Shown one piece after another: positions 20,844 to 29,158 of a stretch of 64,000 bases of DNA. Source of the stretch: Fimbriimonadales bacterium (lineage in GTDB: Bacteria; Armatimonadota; Fimbriimonadia; Fimbriimonadales; ATM1). Made by a program: the position numbers and the translations under genes. Every line of letters starts with the position of its first letter. Position 1 is the stretch's first letter. The notes beneath the pieces were generated by a model. It was not told the origin of the DNA and did not search any database. It saw only the letters and a program-made list of their open reading frames with translations. The stretch covers positions 64,001-128,000 of the forward strand of contig JBGTLG010000006.1 in assembly GCA_041744215.1 (NCBI GenBank), read 5' to 3'.

Positions 20844-21013
20844 CGGTCTGTGCGAACTCTGGGCGCGTTGCGGAACTAAGCCCGCCCCGGCGCGTCCCAC
20901 TATCACCTGCCTGACCGACAGGGCGGAAGGGGGCAACCCGGCCCGACGAGCAGAGTCTCGACGGATGCCGTTGCTGGGCTAGCCCCCGACCGCGCATAGG
21001 GTGTAATGCTCGC

Positions 21014-21457
21014 GTGGCCGAATGGACCCTTGACGAATTCACTCTTACCGACGACGCTTCTCGCATTGACATCGACGCGGTCGAGCGAATGCTCCGCAAG
21101 TCGTACTGGGCAAGCACTCGGGAGCGCAATGTCATCGAGCAATCTCTCAACGCTTCGTTCGTGCTGAGCCTCTATCGAGGCAGTGAAATGGTGGGCATGG
21201 CGCGAGCAATCTCCGACTACTGCACCTTTGCCTGGCTGTGCGACGTGTTCATAGAAGACCAAGCGCGCGGACGAGGGCTGAGCAAATGGATGATGGATGT
21301 GCTTTTCTCTCACCCGGCGTTCGCGCCTACGACGCGGTGGGTGTTGGCTACGCGAGATGCGCACGGACTGTATCGCAAGTACGGCTTCATCGATGCTCAA
21401 CCAAAAAGGTGGATGGTCAAAGGCTTCGCAGTGTTAGATCCTTGCGATCCAGCGTAA
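21014..21457 (+). CDS. GNAT family N-acetyltransferase
   Basis: ARGRGLSK, AHGLYRKYGF. Confidence 0.88.
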   Translation: MAEWTLDEFTLTDDASRIDIDAVERMLRKSYWASTRERNVIEQSLNASFVLSLYRGSEMVGMARAISDYCTFAWLCDVFIEDQARGRGLSKWMMDVLFSHPAFAPTTRWVLATRDAHGLYRKYGFIDAQPKRWMVKGFAVLDPCDPA

Positions 21458-21496
21458 GATTTGCAGGTTCAAGTGTCCGTGTTTGCTCGAATCGAG

Positions 21497-22446
21497 CTAC
21501 TTCCTCCACATGCGGATGCTGACAAAAACGAGCGCTGCGAGCCCTAAAACTGCGATCGCAAAGGGTATGAACGACCTGCTGTTCTCGGCGGTTTCCGCAG
21601 CGGTTTCACGTGGTGGCGGCACGCCTTTGTTCGGTTGCTGTTCGACCTGCGACTGTCGATGCTCCGAGGGTCCGGTTAGTTGGTTGATCACGTCGCCCGT
21701 AACACTGTCGATGAAGATTCCGGCCCTGTCCCCTCTTCTGACAAACGAATACACAAGCCGCTGGATCTTCTGTCCTGCAAGCTGGCGGATGGCCTGCGAG
21801 TGTCGCGGGCTTGATCCAGCCCAGTACACAAGCGACCCTCTCCAATCTTCCGGCGCTCCTCCCATCCGTTCGGATGCGATGACTTTCGCTTGCGATTCAG
21901 ATATCTGGATGTTAGGCGGCTCAAACGTCCAGCCAGATGAAATGCTGAGGTCGAGCACGGCGCCATCCCGCTTTTGAAAGGTGACGGTTGCGGTGTTGCC
22001 GGTGTCTGCTGGGTAGCCATGCGGGCGCGGGCGGAAGTAACAGCGAGTTACTGGTACCGCGTCAGTACCCTCTTTGATTTGATAGCGTAGCAGCCCCTCA
22101 GGGGTCTCGAATCGAGCCAGGAGCGCCTCTGCTGCTTGCCAAGCATCCTCTTCGCTTGGAAAGTGCCCTGTCCCGGATCGATCCGGACTGCGCCGCGCAT
22201 CTGTATAGTAACGAAACCTGCCATCCGGATACAGCGACACCCAGACATTGCCGTCCAAGAACACTTCGATGCTTGTTTTGGGGGTTCGCCAATCCGCGCG
22301 ACTTGGACTGGTCGCTCAACGATTGGCGAGCCTGGGATTCTCGAGGCGAACTCTCGCGCAAGCTCGAATGCTTGCTCGTCACTGATCTGTGCAACTGCGT
22401 TCGCGCTTGTCAGCAATAAGGCAGCAAGAAGAACATTCCATTTCAT
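21497..22446 (-). pseudogene. frameshifted paralog (B') of 22770-23759; exported PepSY-like protein with C-terminal anchor
   Basis: N-terminal part MKWNV.. in one frame, remainder in the -1 frame; shift at the C5A4 run (22276-22284). Confidence 0.75.
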
Positions 22447-22456
22447 CAGTTTTTCC

Positions 22457-22530
22457 TCACAATGGCCGATTCCAGCCGACAGGCAACACATTAGTTCCAG
22501 TATAGACAGTCTTGATTCGGCAGTCGAGTG
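22457..22530 (-). pseudogene. orphan 3' fragment (A') of a paralog of 23776-24855
   Basis: CRIKTVYTGTNVLPVGWNRPL* versus CRIKSVYTGTNTPPMGWYRQI*. Confidence 0.8.
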
Positions 22531-22596
22531 TCCATGTCTGCCCGGATCGGGCTACTTTCCGTGCGGCTCCTAACAGTATAAGTGTACACAGGCAGG

Positions 22597-22746
22597 TGGT
22601 CTGCTCCCCAAATCTGACGACGTTTTGAGAGTAGTCTTTTCCCCATTGGTCTGCCCCCTGTTTCTGGACATGAAAGTGAGTTAGCCAACCGCCTTTTGGT
22701 CTGCCCCCTGTTTCTGGACATGAAAGTGAGTTAGCCAACCGTCTTT
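22597..22746 (+). repeat. three 50-bp units each beginning TGGTCTGC, resembling IS3-family termini
   Basis: Units start at 22597, 22647, 22697; units 2 and 3 differ by 1 nt; unit 1 shares only the start. Confidence 0.75.
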
Positions 22747-22748
22747 CA

Positions 22749-22766
22749 GGAGGTGGGTTTACCTCC
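22749..22766 (-). terminator. hairpin downstream of 22770-23759
   Basis: GGAGGT-GGGTTT-ACCTCC. Confidence 0.4.
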
Positions 22767-22769
22767 GGG

Positions 22770-23759
22770 TTAGCTGCTGCGTCGACGGAAGAACCAGAAG
22801 GCGGTGCCTGCTATGAACGCGGCTATTGAGGCATAAGCCAGATACAGCACGTCGCCCGCGCGATCTTGCGAAGGCGTATGTGACGCGCTCCCCGAGCCTG
22901 CATCTGGACCGCCACCTCCATGCGGCTCAACTTGATTACGACTTCGCGCAGTGTCATACATCGAAGTCGATCCGGTTTCTCCATAGGTCAGCACCTGACC
23001 CGTTACGCTGTCGATTTGAACGGAATAGACTCTGCTTTGCGTCTCTCGCCACAGCGAGTAACAAAGGCGCTGGATCTTGTTTGCAGCCATTTCGCGCATA
23101 TAGGACGGCATACTGTGGTTTGACCCGACCAAGTAAACGAGCTTAGAATGCCACTCTTCGATTGAGCCGCCATAGATTTCCCGAGCTTTCGAGACGGCTT
23201 GCTCATGAGTTACTCGAATGTTTGGCGGCTCGTAGGCCCACCCAGAGGAGATGCTGACCCGCACCGGGGTTCCGTCGTTTTGGTCTAGGCAGACGTTTGC
23301 TGTGTTTCCAGCCGAGGATTCATAGCCGTGTGGCCTGACGTTGAAGTAGCAGTAAACGACCGCAGGACTATAAGCCTTCGATGCCTCTCGAACCAAACGA
23401 GCTCGCGCAATTCCACTGGGTGTATCGAATCTGGCCAGTATCGATTCAGCCGCTACCCAGGCGGATTCGTCATCAAACAGTTTATCTTGTTGCCGAGAGT
23501 TGCTGATTCGCCTTCGGGAGTCATCGTAGCTCGCGAAAGTGCCGTCCGTTCCCATGATGATGTTGACCATTCCATCAAGCGTCACGGAAATCGCCGGCAG
23601 ATCCGTATGTCTATAGACGACGATGTTAAGCCCTTCAACCGACGACCCAACTCTCTCTGCGTAGAGCAAGGCTCGCGATTTTGCAGTTTCATCGTCGATT
23701 TGCGCGATTCCGAGCGTTGCAAGGAAGGCCAAAAGGATAATCGAGTAAACGACCTTCAT
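22770..23759 (-). CDS. exported PepSY-like protein (B) with C-terminal TM anchor
   Basis: Signal peptide MKVVY, EQAVSKA, IDSVTGQV, hydrophobic tail followed by RRR. Confidence 0.8.
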   Translation of the reverse strand: MKVVYSIILLAFLATLGIAQIDDETAKSRALLYAERVGSSVEGLNIVVYRHTDLPAISVTLDGMVNIIMGTDGTFASYDDSRRRISNSRQQDKLFDDESAWVAAESILARFDTPSGIARARLVREASKAYSPAVVYCYFNVRPHGYESSAGNTANVCLDQNDGTPVRVSISSGWAYEPPNIRVTHEQAVSKAREIYGGSIEEWHSKLVYLVGSNHSMPSYMREMAANKIQRLCYSLWRETQSRVYSVQIDSVTGQVLTYGETGSTSMYDTARSRNQVEPHGGGGPDAGSGSASHTPSQDRAGDVLYLAYASIAAFIAGTAFWFFRRRSS

Positions 23760-23775
23760 GTGCTTCACCTCTTCA

Positions 23776-24855
23776 CTATATCTGTCGATACCAACCCATT
23801 GGCGGGGTGTTTGTTCCAGTATAGACAGACTTAATGCGGCAGGCTCCCATGTCGGGCCCATGAAACAGAACTAAGTCGCCTGGAACCATTTGCCGCGGGG
23901 CACCGCCAATGTCCATTGCCCAATAGGAGAGGATCCCTTGGTCAAGCATGTAATTGAACCACTCTTGCGTTTTCTTAGCGGTCCATCCAGACACCATTCT
24001 CGGCCATACAACTTCCGCCAAAGAGGCATATTCATTGAGAAGAATGTAAACTTTGTAAGCAAACATTGCCTGGTTTTCAAGCAATAGACCTCCCCAGCCC
24101 ATTTCGTACGGAAAAAGACTTTTCATGAACGTATCATCAACACCGCAATTGCATGCCATGAGGTGAAAGAAATTGATAGAAGGTGCACCTGTGTTGAACG
24201 GAGGAAGCCCTTGTCCGATTTGATCGATTCGCGTCGAATGGTAATCGTTACCACCAATGCCGGTGTCATCCCCCGCATTGTGAATTGACGGAGCGCCATG
24301 GGTGGCGCAGAAGGCAACATTCACTCCGTTCATGTTTGCGAAGTACTGCTCTGGTGTCCATTGACCTCCATTCTGTACTGACAACCAGTAGTTCTTGCCC
24401 GACATCTGATCAAGTACGAGAAGCGAAGGGTCAGGCGAAATCCCGGTGTCTGGATGCTCGTACACCATCGCCTGATTCCACAGCATCCGTGATCGGGATG
24501 CAGAGTACCATTGCTGAGTATACAAGCCGTAAACCCAGAACCTAACCTCCAACTCTGATACCGACGGCCAATGGCTGCTGTCAAACATCACCGCGAGCGT
24601 CGTGGACATGACGAACGGCTCCTCCGGTTCCCACCCGTAGTGATATTCTGCAACCAGTTCGCCATTTAGTCTGAGCTCTGCGTGCAAGATCGGCTCGCCG
24701 ATCTGTGCGCTCCCGCTCGCCCGGCAGTTGGTGCCTGAAAAATAGTTCGGCATCGGCCCACCGCCCGCCGGAACGTGAATGCCGAACCCGCCTGGTTGAG
24801 CTCCGGCGACAGCCGCCAGCCAGCAGGCCGCGACTACGCTCATCAGTTTCCACAT
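23776..24855 (-). CDS. secreted protein (A) with clan CD (caspase/gingipain-like) His-Cys motifs
   Basis: Signal peptide; VAFCATHG and FFHLMACNCG; GGAGG RBS. Confidence 0.6.
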   Translation of the reverse strand: MWKLMSVVAACWLAAVAGAQPGGFGIHVPAGGGPMPNYFSGTNCRASGSAQIGEPILHAELRLNGELVAEYHYGWEPEEPFVMSTTLAVMFDSSHWPSVSELEVRFWVYGLYTQQWYSASRSRMLWNQAMVYEHPDTGISPDPSLLVLDQMSGKNYWLSVQNGGQWTPEQYFANMNGVNVAFCATHGAPSIHNAGDDTGIGGNDYHSTRIDQIGQGLPPFNTGAPSINFFHLMACNCGVDDTFMKSLFPYEMGWGGLLLENQAMFAYKVYILLNEYASLAEVVWPRMVSGWTAKKTQEWFNYMLDQGILSYWAMDIGGAPRQMVPGDLVLFHGPDMGACRIKSVYTGTNTPPMGWYRQI

Positions 24856-25019
24856 ATCCTACACCTCCATCCGGTTTCCTACCTCGGACAGTAACAGTAC
24901 AAACCTGAAACAAAAAGTGAACACCCGTATTAATACCAGGTTTATTCGACGGCCACCGGGATGATGCGATCGAACTGGATGGTTGACTTTTGCCATACAA
25001 GCGGCCTTAGTCGCGAATC

Positions 25020-25895
25020 ATGTCAACTTCAATCGAAACCAAAAGGCGGCTGGGAGCCGCCACGAAACCTGGGCAGGACATTCCAGGAGCGAAGGAAGAG
25101 ACGCCGGCATCCGAACGGCGGACCAGAGCAAAGAGCGTCATCGACAAATCGGATATGACCCCTGGCGACCCGCGTGCGATCCTCGACCAAGCCGCGAGCG
25201 GTGAAAACACCGAATGGGTCGAACGCCGAGCAAAGCTGTTCGAGTGCGGTGAGTATTCCGACCGAGGACTCAACGTTTCGCCTGACCACCTTCAAAAGAT
25301 GGCAATGAACTTTGACGCGCCGGTGCCGGTGTTGATCGAACACACCGAGTCGCCGTTCAGGCTCGGATATCTCACCGACGTCGAAGCGCTTGGACCGGAG
25401 CTGTTTGGAACACTCTCGCTGACGAAAGAGGCGAACGATCTCATCGAGACATCCGGCTCGAAGTCGCTCAGCATCAGCGTCGCAAACTCGCTCGACAAAA
25501 TCTACGAAGTCAGTATCGTAGGCAATCCTCGAGTGGAAAGCGCGAGGCTGTTTTGTGAGAACTTTCGAGATGAAACGACCTCGAACCGGTGGAAACTCGA
25601 AGCGCTCCAACTGCGCCAACGCATTGACAAAGAGGAAACCGAGAAGTGCGTCGCATCGTTCGGATTGCCGCCCGCAGTCAAGTCTAAAGCCATCGCATTG
25701 CTCGAAGCGGCATCAGAAGCCTCGATTAAAGAACGCACGCTTGCTCTGCTATCGGCGCTTCCGAAACTCCTCCACTTTGGTGAACTTGCGCCATCTGGAC
25801 CAGCTACTTCACACGACCTAACCGCCGAGGAAGCGCATTTCTACGCAGAGCACTTTCCAGGCATCGATCCACGCGACATCGCGAAGAGGAGGTAA
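25020..25895 (+). CDS. Mu-like prohead protease/scaffold (gpI-like)
   Basis: VPVLIEH, GYL..V, SLS, VSIVGNP, then a short helical scaffold region; lies before cement and capsid genes. Confidence 0.75.
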   Translation: MSTSIETKRRLGAATKPGQDIPGAKEETPASERRTRAKSVIDKSDMTPGDPRAILDQAASGENTEWVERRAKLFECGEYSDRGLNVSPDHLQKMAMNFDAPVPVLIEHTESPFRLGYLTDVEALGPELFGTLSLTKEANDLIETSGSKSLSISVANSLDKIYEVSIVGNPRVESARLFCENFRDETTSNRWKLEALQLRQRIDKEETEKCVASFGLPPAVKSKAIALLEAASEASIKERTLALLSALPKLLHFGELAPSGPATSHDLTAEEAHFYAEHFPGIDPRDIAKRR

Positions 25896-25898
25896 CGA

Positions 25899-26333
25899 AT
25901 GGCAGCATTAGCCAATGCATTCGAGGCATTTCCGAAGCCGACGATCATTGTCAATTACAAGATCGCAGCATCCACAACTATCTATAAGGGGGCGCTTGTC
26001 GGTGTGAGCGCAACCGGCTATCTCGTTCCAATCAGTCATGCCGTCGCAAATCTAAAGTTTGTCGGCATTGCAGAGGAAACAGTTGAGAACGGCGGAGCCA
26101 ACGGCGACAAAAGCTGTCGCGTCTCAAAATCTGGAGGCGGAGTCTTTGTTGACCTTTCCACAACGACTCAGGCGAGCATCGGAGCCGAGGTTTATGCGAA
26201 GACGGACAATGAGCTTCAGATCGACACGACTGGGCTGACGAACGAATACAAAGTGGGCACGATCGTCGCGCTCGAACAAACATCCACCGGAGTCGCGGGA
26301 CTGCGAATTCGGATCGACAGACACACAACTTAG
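25899..26333 (+). CDS. capsid cement/decoration protein (DUF2190-like)
   Basis: IYKGALV...GYLVP...FVGIAEE...IGAEVYA...VG; located between protease and capsid. Confidence 0.75.
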   Translation: MAALANAFEAFPKPTIIVNYKIAASTTIYKGALVGVSATGYLVPISHAVANLKFVGIAEETVENGGANGDKSCRVSKSGGGVFVDLSTTTQASIGAEVYAKTDNELQIDTTGLTNEYKVGTIVALEQTSTGVAGLRIRIDRHTT

Positions 26334-26346
26334 GAGGAAGAAACTC

Positions 26347-27285
26347 ATGCCAATCACAAAAAGCGACATTCCCAATCTGCTTCTGCCTGGACTTCGCACG
26401 GAGTTCGATCTCGCGTATCGAAAGCGGTCTGAAACTGGTGTAGCACAGCAAATTGCGTCAGTTATCAACACGACAATTCCCCAACAGAGATACGCTTGGC
26501 TCGGCAGCACGCCGACGATGAATGAGTTCGTCGACGAGCGAAAACCCAGCGGGATGACCGAATACAGCTACGCAATCGAAGACAAAACCTTCGAGGCCAG
26601 CATCGCCGTGGATCGCAAGGCAGTCGAAGACGACCAATATGATCTGATAAGGCTCCGCGTACGAGAACTCGCGGATCGCGTAGCGGAACATCAGCATAAG
26701 CTGTGCGTGGAGGCTCTCGCAAACGGTTTTACCGACGAGGGGTACGACGGGCTTTCGTTCTTCAACTCCGCGCATCCGACTTTTCCGGGCGGCACCTACT
26801 CGAACCAAACTAGCACCGCGTTGGATGCGACCACGATCTCATCGGCTGTCAGCAGCATGATGCTCGTCCCGGACGACCGAGGCGAGCCTCTCGGCGTCGT
26901 CCCAGACACACTGCTCGTCGGACCGAAACTGCAGTGGAGCGCGATTGAATTGATCGAGAGCCCTGTCGTTGTCTACAAAGGCAACGGCGTAGACTCGGTC
27001 CCGAGCACACCCTACAAGAACGCGTTTCAAGGCAAGCTGAAGTTGGTCGTTTCACCGTACCTGCGCGAGGACTTCGAAGACTACTGGTTCCTGATGGACA
27101 CGTCGCGAGCGATGCGCGGGATCATTCTCCAGCAAAGGAGCGACGTTCCAGTCGAATTCACCGCGATGGATAGCGGCAACTCAAGCGAATCTGCTTGGTG
27201 GCATGACCGCTATTTCTATGGTGTGCGTGGTCGATACAACGTTGGTTACGGTCTTTGGCAAACCGCGTTCGGATCGACTGGATAA
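26347..27285 (+). CDS. Mu-like major head subunit gpT
   Basis: YAWLG..P.M.E, FEASIAVDRKAVEDD, YDG..FF...HP, YGVRGRYNVGYGLWQTAFGS; AGGAGG RBS. Confidence 0.92.
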   Translation: MPITKSDIPNLLLPGLRTEFDLAYRKRSETGVAQQIASVINTTIPQQRYAWLGSTPTMNEFVDERKPSGMTEYSYAIEDKTFEASIAVDRKAVEDDQYDLIRLRVRELADRVAEHQHKLCVEALANGFTDEGYDGLSFFNSAHPTFPGGTYSNQTSTALDATTISSAVSSMMLVPDDRGEPLGVVPDTLLVGPKLQWSAIELIESPVVVYKGNGVDSVPSTPYKNAFQGKLKLVVSPYLREDFEDYWFLMDTSRAMRGIILQQRSDVPVEFTAMDSGNSSESAWWHDRYFYGVRGRYNVGYGLWQTAFGSTG

Positions 27286-27295
27286 GGGGGAACAG

Positions 27296-27556
27296 ATGGA
27301 AGGATTCGATTTGCTATGGGTGCTTCTCTCGCTTGGAGTTGGCGGAATTGTCGGCGCTGTCGCCGCCGTCTCGGTGACGGGTGTCGCGACACAAGAGGCG
27401 TTCGCACACTATCGCGAGAGATTCCTCTCTTTCATGCAGGGACGCAATGATCCTGCGAGTCAAGAACTGCGCGCTGACTTCGACGACTTTGACGAAACGA
27501 TGCGCTCTGCTGGAAGCGCGCTCGAGCGGCTGCGCCGTGCGCTTAGGCGGCGATGA
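27296..27556 (+). CDS. small N-terminal-TM protein in the head module
   Basis: RBS; GxxxG-rich TM followed by a helical tail. Confidence 0.65.
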   Translation: MEGFDLLWVLLSLGVGGIVGAVAAVSVTGVATQEAFAHYRERFLSFMQGRNDPASQELRADFDDFDETMRSAGSALERLRRALRRR

Positions 27557-27810
27557 ACCCGGGTATGGAGGCGCTCGCAATAGCGGGCGCCTTCGTCGCT
27601 TGCTCGGTTTGGATGATGCGCTACAGCATGACTCAGCAACGCAACATGGCGGAGCGCTTCATCCGGCACTTAGAGGCGCTCGTTGCGGAGAGCCGACGCG
27701 ACGGCGAGAAGCACCGTGCGGCAATTCGCGCGTTGGCGAGCGCTGTGCGTCGCAATACTGCCTTGACGGCGAGATTGTTGGAGGTAAAAGATGGCTCTGA
27801 GCGTCAGTAG
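27553..27810 (+). CDS. small single-TM coiled-coil protein (holin-like?)
   Basis: ATGA overlap with the previous gene; N-terminal TM, amphipathic helix. Confidence 0.6.
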   Translation: MNPGMEALAIAGAFVACSVWMMRYSMTQQRNMAERFIRHLEALVAESRRDGEKHRAAIRALASAVRRNTALTARLLEVKDGSERQ

Positions 27811-28219
27811 GGCTACGATCAAACGAAAGTGCAGAATCACTGGAACTGACTTCGATGACGAAATCGACGACACAATCGACGAGCAGCTCCCCGTGATCGA
27901 GTTTGCGATTCTTCAAGTTCATGTTGCAGACTCACAGTTAGAGAACACGCTCAATCTGGGAGCGGCAGAGGTCATTGCAGGCGAGTTCCTGGCGCAGCTC
28001 TGGCGAGAACCAGGCGCAACCGAAAAGTTGGAGTTTGGCGACTTTGCCGTCGGTCCGCGAGTCGCCGAAGATCCTGCCGATCCCTACGGGTTGAAGAAGC
28101 AAGGCTGGGCGCGGCTGTCGCCGTTTCTCAAGCCCACGAGTGCGCATCAACACTCAACAAGGAGTTCAATTCGCGCGAGCGAACCTCGACTCCAAGAGGG
28201 GGACGTCGAAAAGTGTTAG
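27791..28219 (+). CDS. putative head-tail adaptor (gp6/gp36-like)
   Basis: N-terminal ATIKRKCRI...DDEI pattern, C-terminal A.LSPF; size and position. Confidence 0.55.
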   Translation: MALSVSRATIKRKCRITGTDFDDEIDDTIDEQLPVIEFAILQVHVADSQLENTLNLGAAEVIAGEFLAQLWREPGATEKLEFGDFAVGPRVAEDPADPYGLKKQGWARLSPFLKPTSAHQHSTRSSIRASEPRLQEGDVEKC

Positions 28220-28515
28220 GCATCACCGACCGAGTTCGAAAAGCAATCCGTTTGGTGGGAGAGTCGTTTGAGGTCGCTTCTGTCGCGCATCGGGGAGTGT
28301 TCTCAATTGCGACTTCGGAGGTTGCGGCGAAGTACGCGGATCAGGCGGCCGTCGATTCTTCAAATCGACCGCTTTGGCTGATCATCGTCCCAGATAACGA
28401 CACAACAAGCGTCGTGGACACGATCGATTATGCAGGCGAATCGCTCGCAATCCTCAACATCGTTCAGCGACGCCACCGAGGCGCCGTTCTGTTTCGGATT
28501 ATCCTCGCGCATTAG
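28213..28515 (+). CDS. putative head-closure/head-tail joining protein
   Basis: About 100 aa, beta-rich, D.I...G....I pattern; follows the adaptor. Confidence 0.45.
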   Translation: MLGITDRVRKAIRLVGESFEVASVAHRGVFSIATSEVAAKYADQAAVDSSNRPLWLIIVPDNDTTSVVDTIDYAGESLAILNIVQRRHRGAVLFRIILAH

Positions 28516-28560
28516 CCCGGTGACCGGGGGTGATCGATGATAGTCCGCAGTCCGAGCGGG

Positions 28561-29091
28561 TCAGCTCCCGGTGAACGGCCACAGCCTTCGCAACAGGACG
28601 CGATACGCAGGCTGATAGACGTTCTCATACTCAGGGGAATGATGTACAGTGGGATAACCGTGCAGCTGCATTTCTTCGTTTAGGGTCTCCCACGCGGAGT
28701 ACGTCAGTTTCTGGGTTTCTCCACTTCGCAGAATCGATCCGAGCGAATGCCACTCCGCGAGAAAGTCAGCGCGGTCTCCTCGAAACTCGTGAGCTGAGCA
28801 GATAAACGCGTTCAGCATCGCATCTCTATCGCCTCCGCGCGCTTTGTAAGGCCGGAGGTTGACTCGTACCAAATCACCGGAGGGAGTCAGTCGTTGGATC
28901 TCTTCTTCACCCTCAATCGGGGCGCCGATCTCATCCCACTCTTGTTCGAGCCACGCGCGCACGAACGACTCATCTGTGACCGCGTGTTCACCGCCAAGAG
29001 TTGCGTGGAACAGCCATTTGTACGCATCTTGAATGCGCATCTCGGGTGTGCGCCGCCATTCCCGGATCGAGTGTTCGATGAGAGTCTCCAT
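28561..29091 (-). CDS. hypothetical protein
   Basis: QDAYK..H...G.EH, RVNLRPY, HHS..Y...Y.PAYRV look like a conserved family. Confidence 0.75.
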   Translation of the reverse strand: METLIEHSIREWRRTPEMRIQDAYKWLFHATLGGEHAVTDESFVRAWLEQEWDEIGAPIEGEEEIQRLTPSGDLVRVNLRPYKARGGDRDAMLNAFICSAHEFRGDRADFLAEWHSLGSILRSGETQKLTYSAWETLNEEMQLHGYPTVHHSPEYENVYQPAYRVLLRRLWPFTGS

Positions 29092-29158
29092 TGCAGGAAG
29101 TTACCGCGAACGGCATACTCTATCATCCAGTGAGCCGTCTGATACCTAGGTGACAAAC

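Noticed and set aside
22597-22746. CRISPR array
   Set aside because: No repeat-spacer alternation, only 8 bp shared by all units, and no cas genes.
22457-23850. DGR template/variable repeat pair (A' fragment versus 3' end of A)
   Set aside because: Mismatches are not adenine-specific (e.g. ATC/ATT, GTG/ACC, TTG/CCG), and no reverse transcriptase gene is in the window.
24919-24931. LexA box (GAAC-N4-GTAT) upstream of the head module
   Set aside because: The right half-site deviates from GTTC, and the lineage motif is unknown to me.
25020-28515. Complete prophage or classical encapsulin
   Set aside because: No integrase, packaging, tail or att/tRNA site. The shell is Mu gpT-like with protease and neck genes, not a recognised encapsulin with a cargo gene.
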